32,910 bases of DNA from a virus. Its lineage: Duplodnaviria > Caudoviricetes. Within the stretch, counting starts at the first letter, position 1, and the number at the start of each line of letters is the position of its first letter. Below the pieces are notes generated by a model. It saw nothing but the letters and a program-made list of their open reading frames with translations. It was not told the DNA's origin and did no database searches. This document shows, one piece after another, positions 22,556 through 31,282 of the stretch. The stretch spans positions 1-32,910 of IMG/VR virus record IMGVR_UViG_3300023256_000023; one strand, given 5' to 3'. The position numbers and the translations under genes were made by a program.

Positions 22556-24499
22556 CTAATCAGTTAAGTCTGTTGCGGTGACGACACCGTTAATTACTTC
22601 TACTCTATAATATTTACCATCAGTAGTGTCTTTAAGAATAACGCCCTTCCAAGCAAACGGGGCGTCATCATCATTTTTACCAAGGTAATAAGTGTTATCT
22701 GTGTGTGGATATATATTACCCTCAACGTCTAACATGGCATTTGGTGCTGTTGTTCCGATTCCTACACTACATCCCGTTATTTCCAGATAGTTATTGGTAT
22801 CATCAAAGGCAAGCAATGGCCCAGCAGCCTGTCCGATCGTCTTGCCGTCGGCCATAACGATATTATTCGTAAGAGTTAGGACGCCAGTTGATCCAAGTTT
22901 CATCACCCCCACTCGTGCTCCACCAGACCATGTATCGAACTGGAATCCAAAATTACCAGCGGCAGACGCCAACTGCCTGATCTTACCAAGCATATTCCCG
23001 CCATCAGAGTCGGTAAAGCCTATGTACACGCCCTCGCCCACTGTACCATTTTGCCCAGTGCAAACCAACTGAAGTGCTTGGGCCCCAGCAGCGTTTCCTC
23101 CACCAGCAGCAGTGACGACTACATCACCTGTAAAAGTAGGACTATCCCCAGTACCTAACCCAATAGAAGTTCTGGCGGTAGCCCCAGATTCCACTACCCA
23201 TCCAGCAGCACTGCCCACAATAAAATTGCTGTCAGCAGAACTAAGGGCCGCTATAGCTGTGAGATCAGCGTCAGCAGCTTGATATGCGGTATGGGTATGA
23301 CCGGGATCAGCCCCCGTAGTTACATTTGCACCTGTTACTGTAGTAGCGGCAACAGTGCCGGTAACATTCATTGTGCCGGTATAAGCTAATGTAGTTCCGT
23401 CCCCAGATAATGCTATTCTATTTGTATTATTGGTTCTAATATAGAATGGATGCTCTGTTAGTGTACCAAACCCAGCAGCCGTATCTCTATCTACATAAAA
23501 AATAGCTTGTGCTGTACCGGCCTGAAAATTCATCCATAAATTATCCGATCCTGTACTAAAGTCACATACCTTACCACCACCTGGTGGGGTAGCAGAATAA
23601 ATTGTAAGTGCATCAGAGCCACTTATATTATTGATGGTAACACCCTGAGAAGCAGTAATCACCCCATTTAGTCTTAAGGTCTGGCTTGCTGGAGTCGCAT
23701 TGAACACCCCATATATTAAGCAATTAGTTATTTCAGTAGCAACATTAGTTCGAACCTGATTATCAATAATGAGTAGGTTAGAATTAGTTGTTTGATAGCT
23801 GCCTGCCTTATAACCCAATAGCACATTACTGTTGCCAGAAGTTAATAGGTTTCCCGCCTTTTCCCCTATAGCCGTATTAAGGCTGCCTTCTGTCAGAGCA
23901 GTCAATGTGTCATATCCAATACCAGTATTATTATTGCCAGTAGTAAGGCTGTTTAGGGCGTTAAATCCAACACCAGTATTATTGCTGGCTATTATTATAT
24001 GAGGCAAAGATAATGTAATGCTCCCTGCTGCATTAGTCACAGTAACTTGATTAGCCGTACCTGTTAATGTGGCCAGCACAGGGTCAGCCCCAACAGAACC
24101 TATTGGTATTTGGCCGTTAGCTGCTGCACCAAGTATAGTAACTGCATCTGTACCAGAACCTAAAAGGATACCATGATCTGTTAATGTAGCAACACCTGTA
24201 CCCCCCTTGGCCACTATGAGGGGATCGACAAGACCTATGATTATACCGCCGTTAGTATCGTCGGTTACGTTGATTTCGTTGGCAGTGCCCGCTACCAGAT
24301 CAACCAGGTCCTTCGACGCTAATCCTTTGGAGCTATCAGTCCACACCAACCGAGAGGCGGTTAGATCACTTAGGGTAACGCTCTCAAATTCAGGGCTTGC
24401 TTCGAGGCCGAACACGACAGACGCCAACTGCATAATGGCCTGTCTAACAGACGCATCACAATTCCTCGGCGATTGGATTCCAGCTTGTCTTTGACCCAT
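22556..24499 (-). CDS. Tail fibre / receptor-binding protein
   Basis: Gly/Thr/Ala-rich, with VAKGGTG, GTANQVTVTNAAGSITLSLP, 14-aa NTxxGxxAL repeats, GATARTSIGLG and VGIGTTAPNAMLDVEG motifs. Confidence 0.8.
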   Translation of the reverse strand: MGQRQAGIQSPRNCDASVRQAIMQLASVVFGLEASPEFESVTLSDLTASRLVWTDSSKGLASKDLVDLVAGTANEINVTDDTNGGIIIGLVDPLIVAKGGTGVATLTDHGILLGSGTDAVTILGAAANGQIPIGSVGADPVLATLTGTANQVTVTNAAGSITLSLPHIIIASNNTGVGFNALNSLTTGNNNTGIGYDTLTALTEGSLNTAIGEKAGNLLTSGNSNVLLGYKAGSYQTTNSNLLIIDNQVRTNVATEITNCLIYGVFNATPASQTLRLNGVITASQGVTINNISGSDALTIYSATPPGGGKVCDFSTGSDNLWMNFQAGTAQAIFYVDRDTAAGFGTLTEHPFYIRTNNTNRIALSGDGTTLAYTGTMNVTGTVAATTVTGANVTTGADPGHTHTAYQAADADLTAIAALSSADSNFIVGSAAGWVVESGATARTSIGLGTGDSPTFTGDVVVTAAGGGNAAGAQALQLVCTGQNGTVGEGVYIGFTDSDGGNMLGKIRQLASAAGNFGFQFDTWSGGARVGVMKLGSTGVLTLTNNIVMADGKTIGQAAGPLLAFDDTNNYLEITGCSVGIGTTAPNAMLDVEGNIYPHTDNTYYLGKNDDDAPFAWKGVILKDTTDGKYYRVEVINGVVTATDLTD

Positions 24500-25434
24500 T
24501 AGTGTAGTGCCATTATTGCAGAAAATTGATCGTAAAGTGAACGCTCTGTCATGGCCGGTGTCTGTCCACCTTGTATGAGGCCACCACCAGTAGAAGCGAG
24601 GTTTTCTAGTTCTCCAGGGCTAAATCTCTCATAAGTGCCACCCCCGCCACCAAGATCAAGACCACCCATGAGGTCGTCTACGTTTACAGGTTGGAACCCA
24701 GTAGACGCTGGTGTAGACGCCATAGTAGGCTGTACGTCATACAGGGAGGGAAACGATGTCTCCGGTCTACCAAAATTTGTGGCACCGGCTTGGCCCATAC
24801 CAGCTATAGCCATCTGAGCGTCACTACCCATACCAGCTATGTTTGTTTGGGTCTCGCGGTTAGCGGCTGCCTGGCGTTCTGTCAACTCACGATTTGATTG
24901 TGCCTCAAACGAAGTCTGTTCCATCTGGGATAACAGAGAGTTTAGCTGCGATAGCCTCGAAGCACGCTCACTCTCAACTCCAGCCAACGCAGGTGCTTCT
25001 ACCTCTTCGGCGAACTTGGTAGCAAGGGTGCCCATTTGACTTGTACCAGCAAGGCCAGCACTCGCAAGATTCTGCATACCAGAAGACATGAACTTACGCC
25101 TGCTCCTATCAAGTGCAGCCTCTACGCCCTCGCCGAAGCCACCTTCCGGTCCGTACTCGTCCATCGCTGTCTGGATAGCAGACCGTGAGGCATCGGTAAG
25201 CATACTGCCACTTACTGTAGGGGCCGAAGTAGTTGCAGGAGTAGCTGTAGCCTGTTCAGCTTCTTTATGCCTTAATGCTATAATGGGGTCAACCTTCCCC
25301 GTCACAAACTCAGCCGCCCAAGCCGGGGCCGAACTGCGGAGGCCCTGCAACTCCTCTACACTCTGCGATTTGTAATCAGATGGGAGCGAATACGATCTAC
25401 TCATTGATGGTATGTTACTCAGACCATACGCCAT
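24499..25434 (-). CDS. Putative internal virion (pilot/ejection-like) protein
   Basis: Ala/Gly/Ser/Gln-rich low-complexity helical protein directly downstream of the nozzle-like gene. Confidence 0.55.
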   Translation of the reverse strand: MAYGLSNIPSMSRSYSLPSDYKSQSVEELQGLRSSAPAWAAEFVTGKVDPIIALRHKEAEQATATPATTSAPTVSGSMLTDASRSAIQTAMDEYGPEGGFGEGVEAALDRSRRKFMSSGMQNLASAGLAGTSQMGTLATKFAEEVEAPALAGVESERASRLSQLNSLLSQMEQTSFEAQSNRELTERQAAANRETQTNIAGMGSDAQMAIAGMGQAGATNFGRPETSFPSLYDVQPTMASTPASTGFQPVNVDDLMGGLDLGGGGGTYERFSPGELENLASTGGGLIQGGQTPAMTERSLYDQFSAIMALH

Positions 25435-25435
25435 T

Positions 25436-27073
25436 TTACATCACCTTCCCAGCATACTGCACCGTTATATCGGCGGTTTCCATAGACCAAGTTTCGCCTG
25501 CTGTTAAATTACCAAACCTTAACGCCCCGTATCTGCCTCTTGCTCTCTTACGTTGTCTCTGTCCCTTCCTGTACCCTGGTGCCACTATGGTGCCAGTAAA
25601 TTTTGCTGCTGTGGTTCCGGCTACGTCTTCTATTACTGCTGCCGCTGACCTGTTGGCATATGCGTAATATGTCACGTTGTCAGGGTCGGTCTCGCCACCA
25701 CCGGACTCACCGCCAGCCGATATGAGCTCAAAGGGACCCATCATGCCGTCACGCATGGACCCTCCCGATAGTGGAAACGGTCCGATCACAGCATAGCTAT
25801 CTATCGCCTCGTCAGTAGCACCTATATCGTCGCTACTTTTGTCATCGTCAAACTTACGGATGTAACCATCCTTGCACCCTACGAGCAGATCAGTGTATGC
25901 TGTGTCGTTGGCTGCATACTGGTAGATGCTATACGGGCCGCACTCTTCTGGGTACGTTTCAGGGAAGAACCCTTTGGTACGTAGGTCAAACCAATAGTTC
26001 GAGTTGGTCCCATCAGCCAGCAGCGTTATACAGATGATGATACCAAACCTTGTGGCGTCGAAGCCCATCGTGATCCTGTGTGTAGACGGATCAGCAGCCT
26101 CGTCTTTCAACAGCTTAGGTAGTCGTTCGAGGGATATGCACTCTGGAATACCTGGCACAGTCATGGCCCAGATACCACCAGTAGTTCCCCAGAAATAGAA
26201 TATGCCCTTGTTATCTCTGCACCAACTATTAGCACCAAACATACCAGTGCTGTTGGTCATGTTCATTATCTCCCCGCCCTTAGCTGGATCACCCTGCATA
26301 TACTCTATAGAGTTAGCACACCCAAAGGTCAGTTGGTCCTTGTCAATCGGTATTACGGCACGTACAACGTCACCTATCTCGCCCGGACCTTTAACATTTG
26401 ATCCATAAACTGGAGTCCCAGTGTCGTTGGAGGCGTATGCGAAGTCCCACGGATCAGCAAGTCTCGTTGCGTACCAGTTCTGAGGTTCTTCTGGGTTACT
26501 CGATATGAAACAGCGTCCGTGATACAGACAGCCAACGTAGGCTTTGTTGGGCATAGTCCCGAAGACAGTAGTATCGTTGGCGTAAACAGTCCAGTCGTAC
26601 CAGTGTGGCCCGTTGGCTTCGGCTGAATTAGTTGTAAACTCTACATCCCCACCGTCGTTGGTGCCGGTGACCGTTTCTCCACTGGAGAACGTGGCCACGG
26701 TTATGCTCCTGCCGTAGACGGTACAAGTGCTGTCCGAAGCGTTGATATAGTCCACAACCATCTTAGCAGTGGACGTACCACCTGTGAGTATATCACCATG
26801 TAGCGGGTATACTTTGCCAGCCGGTTTTATATCAGTGGTTGTTATCTTCACGTTGATGAAGTCGGCAACTTTAAGGTTGCTGCCGTTTACCACGAATACT
26901 TTACCGTAGGCTTCAAATATATTAAGCTGGTCGGAGGTATCAATATCACCGTCCGAAGCTGCCAGTTGTGTCATCGTTCCTGCTGCCACGTCAATATCCT
27001 CGTAAAACAGCAGATCGTTGCCTGCCGCTACCAAACGTCTGTATGCTTGTTGATCGGTTAGACTAACAGCCAT
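25436..27073 (-). CDS. Tail nozzle / packaged-DNA-stabilisation-like beta-propeller protein (P22 gp10/T7 gp12-like position)
   Basis: Beta-propeller-like strand motifs (YGKVFVVNG, YHGRCF, WYATRLADPWDF, IGDVVRAV, NYWFDLRTKGFFP) and a C-terminal RGRYGALRF beta-sandwich. Confidence 0.65.
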   Translation of the reverse strand: MAVSLTDQQAYRRLVAAGNDLLFYEDIDVAAGTMTQLAASDGDIDTSDQLNIFEAYGKVFVVNGSNLKVADFINVKITTTDIKPAGKVYPLHGDILTGGTSTAKMVVDYINASDSTCTVYGRSITVATFSSGETVTGTNDGGDVEFTTNSAEANGPHWYDWTVYANDTTVFGTMPNKAYVGCLYHGRCFISSNPEEPQNWYATRLADPWDFAYASNDTGTPVYGSNVKGPGEIGDVVRAVIPIDKDQLTFGCANSIEYMQGDPAKGGEIMNMTNSTGMFGANSWCRDNKGIFYFWGTTGGIWAMTVPGIPECISLERLPKLLKDEAADPSTHRITMGFDATRFGIIICITLLADGTNSNYWFDLRTKGFFPETYPEECGPYSIYQYAANDTAYTDLLVGCKDGYIRKFDDDKSSDDIGATDEAIDSYAVIGPFPLSGGSMRDGMMGPFELISAGGESGGGETDPDNVTYYAYANRSAAAVIEDVAGTTAAKFTGTIVAPGYRKGQRQRKRARGRYGALRFGNLTAGETWSMETADITVQYAGKVM

Positions 27074-27075
27074 GT

Positions 27076-27657
27076 TCAAATGTCCTCATACCATATAGCA
27101 TCTTCAGCCGCACCGACTAAACGCCTATACGTCACTATGTCTACCGGTGGGGTAAAGACGTATGCAGCCCCAGAGTAAACCCTAAATGAGTGGTCGGTCT
27201 GGTTTGGGGAAGACCGTGCTACCCACCCAGCACCGGCCCCCAGGTCTACAAACGGTTCACCACCGGCGTATCTGTCTACACTGTTGTCATCGTCTGTATA
27301 CCAATAAAATATCTCATCTGCTGTCCCGTCTATGACTAGAGCATATTTAACACCACTTGTTAAACTTATACTGGGACTTAGTGTCGATATAGTGCTCCAA
27401 GTAGGTGATGTTGTCTCGGCTGTAATTACTATAGAAAACGTGGCCAAGGCCACACCAGTTGGCTTACCCCCGCCGTCAGTAGCATAAATACCGCCTGTAA
27501 ACGTGCCGGGCTGCGAGAACACTGAACAATTAACACTCACCGCCGTAGCTGTATAAGTGGAACTGGCTGTAAACGTCTGTGCCCTACTCCAGGCAGCAAG
27601 CATAGCTACACCAGTAGAAATCAGCGTTTCAAAGTTATCTTTTACGCTGTAGGCCAT
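27076..27657 (-). CDS. Virion accessory beta-sandwich protein (choice-of-anchor-R-like)
   Basis: AQTFTASSTYTATAVSV...IYATDGGGKPTGVALAT...LTSGVKYALVI pattern. Confidence 0.55.
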   Translation of the reverse strand: MAYSVKDNFETLISTGVAMLAAWSRAQTFTASSTYTATAVSVNCSVFSQPGTFTGGIYATDGGGKPTGVALATFSIVITAETTSPTWSTISTLSPSISLTSGVKYALVIDGTADEIFYWYTDDDNSVDRYAGGEPFVDLGAGAGWVARSSPNQTDHSFRVYSGAAYVFTPPVDIVTYRRLVGAAEDAIWYEDI

Positions 27658-27885
27658 TTATGCCTCCGGTGTAGCTACAGAACACATAGCAACTACGGGT
27701 TGTTCAGCCGCACCGATCTGAGTTCCGGCACCCCATTTATCCAACGCAGGACGCTGACCACCACGTAGTCTATTATCCAGGGTGTCGGCGGGTCTTACGT
27801 TAAGTAGTTTAGGCGATGTGGTAGGGAGTTGTTCGTCGGTCTTTCCGCCCTTAAACAAGCCAGCTAATGGGAATTTCAATTTCAT
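27658..27885 (-). CDS. Small protein resembling the N-terminal segment of tail-nozzle proteins
   Basis: MKLKFPLAGL...QLPTTSPKLLNVRP...RLRGGQRPAL resembles the usual FPxxGL...NV...RPG nozzle N-terminus. Confidence 0.6.
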   Translation of the reverse strand: MKLKFPLAGLFKGGKTDEQLPTTSPKLLNVRPADTLDNRLRGGQRPALDKWGAGTQIGAAEQPVVAMCSVATPEA

Positions 27886-27899
27886 GTGCCACCCAGGAT

Positions 27900-27962
27900 T
27901 GGGGTGCCCACACCAGCGGAGTGTTTTCCTTTGTGAGGGTGTTTCTCCACTGGTGTGCCCCA
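27900..27962 (-). promoter_or_regulatory. Intergenic long stem-loop
   Basis: CACACCAGCGGAG (27909-27921) pairs with CTCCACTGGTGTG (27945-27957). The single mismatch is a G-U pair on the - strand RNA. Outer stem TGGGG/CCCCA. Confidence 0.6.
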
Positions 27963-27978
27963 GTTATAAGACAGTTTA

Positions 27979-28572
27979 CTAGTCCAGGATCGAACGATCA
28001 TCCACGTCGTAGTACACAATATCGGCAGCGTACACAACCTCGATGCCGTAGACGATAATGCCATCTGTAGTGTGGGCACCGGTCTTTAGGTTGATCGTTA
28101 GCTGATCGCCACCCTGGAGTGACTTGCCATCACAGTCAACCTCACTCCAGGCAGCACCCGTCACAGTGGCGGGGATAGCTACTGCTGAGACAGTCGGGTC
28201 TTTGTCAGCCGACAGGACAGCAGCGGCACGCTTGGAATATACTTCGGCGTCCAGATACACGGTGTCAGTCGTCCCGCCGTCCATAGATACCAAAGCACGG
28301 ATACGCAGCTTGTCCAGGGTCTCATCGTAGTCCTGGGGCACAGGGAAGTTAAATGCCGGACCATAGGTTTCGTCGTAGTCAATGAAGATAACTCGTGCCT
28401 TGCTACCAGTGTCGAGCATGTCATAGCCAACGGCAGTAATAGCTGTGCTGAGTGGGGCACCGTCATCATACTTATGACAGCTTCCCAGGGCTACTGGAAT
28501 TGACTTCTTGAACCCCTGGCCAGTGATGACTCTGTTTAGGTTCTTCAGGTGCGTTGCTGGATTCATTCCCAT
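27979..28572 (-). CDS. Hypothetical virion structural protein (beta-rich)
   Basis: GGAG SD before MGMNPATH; FNFPVPQDYD motif; located in the structural operon. Confidence 0.7.
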   Translation of the reverse strand: MGMNPATHLKNLNRVITGQGFKKSIPVALGSCHKYDDGAPLSTAITAVGYDMLDTGSKARVIFIDYDETYGPAFNFPVPQDYDETLDKLRIRALVSMDGGTTDTVYLDAEVYSKRAAAVLSADKDPTVSAVAIPATVTGAAWSEVDCDGKSLQGGDQLTINLKTGAHTTDGIIVYGIEVVYAADIVYYDVDDRSILD

Positions 28573-28623
28573 GTTTCTTCTCCTTTGCCCCCTGGGGGCT
28601 CTATGCCGGATACCCGGCAAAGG

Positions 28624-29910
28624 TTAAACATCATTATCCGTAGTCACATCCGACCACGTTCTTTCACGTCTACGTACTGGGCCGTTACCAAAGTATCCCA
28701 TAGTCCTGGGAGCGGATCGCTGATCCTTAGCCTTGGCACCAGGCAGTGACTTCTTGACATATATGTTCTGCCACTTCTCGCCAAGATCATCGCCCATCGG
28801 TTCCATTTCAGCACGAGCAAGACAGGCGGCATATATTGCGTTGTCGAACTGATGCCCACACGGATGAAGGTTAGCAGCGGGTTCTACCCTATAGATACTG
28901 CTGGCAGCGGGGTTAGTTCCGGCAGCATTGCCTTCCTGATCTAGCCAGTCAGCCACGGTAAATGTACCAGTGGCTTTAGTATAGTCGGTGACAGTAGCAT
29001 AACTGCCTTTACCAGTGCCCGCCACTACTGTTATGACCCAATCATTGAAATAGTCATCTGGTTCAAGCCTGGTAGCATCTACCAGGGTGGTGTCCGAGGT
29101 ACTGTCGGCTACACCTGTTTCCATCTTCATACCGTCGAAATATAGGGTATATGGAAACTCTACAGTTAGAGCAGCACTCGGTCTCGGGTCAACGATCAGT
29201 TCCCACCTACGCGACGCTGTTAGCGTTGCACTCGTGGGCTCGTATGCACGTACCGCCGCCAGACTGGGGTAGCCGGAATTAACACTTACTTCTCTGAGAC
29301 TGCGTATTCTCGACTCATCTACCCACTCGATGCGTGTACCGTGAGCACTGCCAGCACTGTAAGCTATCTTTCCATCTGTAGTCCCGCCGAAGTTAGTAGG
29401 GAGTTTATACCTGGCACCGTCCCCGTTTATGGCGTTGGTTGAAGTAGCTATAGTGTATTCTGAAGTAGTGTCCGGTGTGCTCCCGCCCGACAGAGCAGTA
29501 AACGCAAACGTACCGGACGATCCGGTATAGTCAGTGATGGTAGCAGACTCATCCTTGCCTGTACCTGCTGTTATGTATATAAGATACCCGTTGAAATAGT
29601 CATCATCGTACTCGTCTTCTATACCGTCATCAATAAGCGTGGCTGCTGTTCCACCACTGGCTGTCCCTGTATACGTTGGGGCAAACGTGACTGACATTAT
29701 CCTTCGCATCCATCGCCAGCCCTTGCGTGGCTGATCTTCCATGAACATCTTAATGCCAGCGTTCACTATACGCTTACAGTAGTTCAACTCAAATTTATCA
29801 GTAGGAACATATCTATCGCCGTCTGTGCTGTCATAGTTGGCTATGCTGGCATACTCCGCCACCGCGAGGATAAGATATTCAAACAGGTAAGCTGTGTTAG
29901 GTTCAGCCAT
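28624..29910 (-). CDS. Putative head-tail adaptor with two inserted repeated beta-domains
   Basis: GGAG SD before MAEPNT. Adaptor-like CKRIVNAG...WRW and AIYAACLARAE, plus two copies of TL.D...DDYFN...I...AGTGK...AT.TDYT...GTF. Confidence 0.6.
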   Translation of the reverse strand: MAEPNTAYLFEYLILAVAEYASIANYDSTDGDRYVPTDKFELNYCKRIVNAGIKMFMEDQPRKGWRWMRRIMSVTFAPTYTGTASGGTAATLIDDGIEDEYDDDYFNGYLIYITAGTGKDESATITDYTGSSGTFAFTALSGGSTPDTTSEYTIATSTNAINGDGARYKLPTNFGGTTDGKIAYSAGSAHGTRIEWVDESRIRSLREVSVNSGYPSLAAVRAYEPTSATLTASRRWELIVDPRPSAALTVEFPYTLYFDGMKMETGVADSTSDTTLVDATRLEPDDYFNDWVITVVAGTGKGSYATVTDYTKATGTFTVADWLDQEGNAAGTNPAASSIYRVEPAANLHPCGHQFDNAIYAACLARAEMEPMGDDLGEKWQNIYVKKSLPGAKAKDQRSAPRTMGYFGNGPVRRRERTWSDVTTDNDV

Positions 29911-29920
29911 TATCAACTCC

Positions 29921-29958
29921 AAAAACCAGCCTGCCGTCCGCCTTGACAGCAGACTGGT
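29921..29958 (-). terminator. Intrinsic terminator-like hairpin
   Basis: 14-bp stem (29925-29938 with 29945-29958, two G-U pairs on the - strand) followed by a T-run on the - strand, just before the next SD. Confidence 0.6.
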
Positions 29959-29995
29959 CGGACAATAGGACCCACTTGGGTCCAGAGACAGGGAC

Positions 29996-30367
29996 TTATT
30001 TAACTTCTTCCATACCAAACACGCGAAGAATTGCTTCCTCGTGTATGGCACCACCAAGAGGCGTGGCGGTTTTACCACCAGCCGATGCCCCTATGTGTAT
30101 ATTAAAGCACTTCTTTAGTATGTCGGCTTCACGTTCGTCGAGGATGGACTCATCTCCCTCTTCCCGTATAAGCCGTTTACCCAGGGTGACAGCTTCCACT
30201 ATCTCTTCGCCTGTCTTGAACACGCCACCGGCACGCAACCACTCTGATAGGTTGTTGCGAAACGGGTATTCCTCTTCTGCACCCATAAGCCTAGGTACGT
30301 CACTCGACATATCCGGTTTTCTAACAGTAACCGTCCACGCCGTCATATCTAACTTAAATTGTTTCAT
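29996..30367 (-). CDS. Hypothetical protein
   Basis: GAGG SD before MKQFKLD; co-directional with the capsid genes. Confidence 0.7.
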   Translation of the reverse strand: MKQFKLDMTAWTVTVRKPDMSSDVPRLMGAEEEYPFRNNLSEWLRAGGVFKTGEEIVEAVTLGKRLIREEGDESILDEREADILKKCFNIHIGASAGGKTATPLGGAIHEEAILRVFGMEEVK

Positions 30368-30396
30368 GCCTCTTGCCCTTTTCAAAAATATAGGAA

Positions 30397-30421
30397 ACCT
30401 GGCCCCACACAGGGGCCAGGT
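30397..30421 (-). terminator. GC-rich hairpin after the capsid/decoration genes; probable terminator
   Basis: Perfect 10-bp stem ACCTGGCCCC-ACACA-GGGGCCAGGT, followed on the - strand by TTCCTATATTTTT. Confidence 0.65.
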
Positions 30422-30440
30422 AGTTAATACGCTGTAATGC

Positions 30441-31247
30441 TTAGATGTCCAGCATGAACAACGGACCGTTTCCAGACTGTGAACCTGCTATCACATACCC
30501 AGCATACTGAGAAGTGTCATAATCAGGTACAGTAAGACCACCTAATGTAACTTCGGCCCCTTCCAAACTGCCATCATGCCGCCAGTAACAGCCCAAACCA
30601 CCGTTCTCACCGACGTTCGTTTGCGGGGATATCCAGCAGATACCCTTCGTCTGTACCCAGAAATACTGTGCCGCTGCACTGACGTATGATGCTGGAAGTC
30701 CAGCTTTGGGTTTAGCAGCGTCCGAGGCAACGGTCAGGGCATAATACGGGTTCCGATAAACCTCAACCGCCTCAGTACCAGACACAATAGCATTTGTAAT
30801 GGATGCATCGAGTCTAACATCAAATGCCACGTCCGCAGCGGAAACGTCATTACCAATGATCCGCCGCGTGCAAGTACCTAAATCGGTAGCACCATCAAAG
30901 ATTATCACATAGCCACCACGAAGTTCGTCCTTAGTAAGTGCGGCGTGTGTTGCAGCGGGGATGGTGATCTCGTTTACGCCGACAGCGTGGCCGGTTGCAA
31001 ATGCCGTATAGCTTACTAAACCAGTATATGTGAACTCACAACCATGAGCGGCAAATAACGCGGCTGCACCAGTAGAGCGGCCATAACGAAACTCACGACC
31101 GTCAGGCAATATAACTCTATCACCAACGTCCCACTTTGAATCCTTCACCGATGACACTTGGTAGAGGAAATCCCAGGTAGGGGCAGAGTGGTGTCCAACA
31201 AGCCCTTCCCGACCAAGAATGTTTACGTTTGCTTTTCCTTCTGCCAT
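30441..31247 (-). CDS. Putative capsid decoration/cement protein
   Basis: Immediately follows the capsid gene, AAGGAG SD. Motifs VGDRVILPDGREFRYGR and QYFWVQTKG are typical of this class. Confidence 0.6.
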   Translation of the reverse strand: MAEGKANVNILGREGLVGHHSAPTWDFLYQVSSVKDSKWDVGDRVILPDGREFRYGRSTGAAALFAAHGCEFTYTGLVSYTAFATGHAVGVNEITIPAATHAALTKDELRGGYVIIFDGATDLGTCTRRIIGNDVSAADVAFDVRLDASITNAIVSGTEAVEVYRNPYYALTVASDAAKPKAGLPASYVSAAAQYFWVQTKGICWISPQTNVGENGGLGCYWRHDGSLEGAEVTLGGLTVPDYDTSQYAGYVIAGSQSGNGPLFMLDI

Positions 31248-31282
31248 GATATATTCTCCTTACTGTCACAATATGACAGTTA

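Noticed and set aside
27882-28079. 65-aa minus-strand ORF bridging the intergenic hairpin
   Set aside because: It overlaps the upstream gene by ~100 nt, has no clear SD, and the gap is better explained by the stem-loop.
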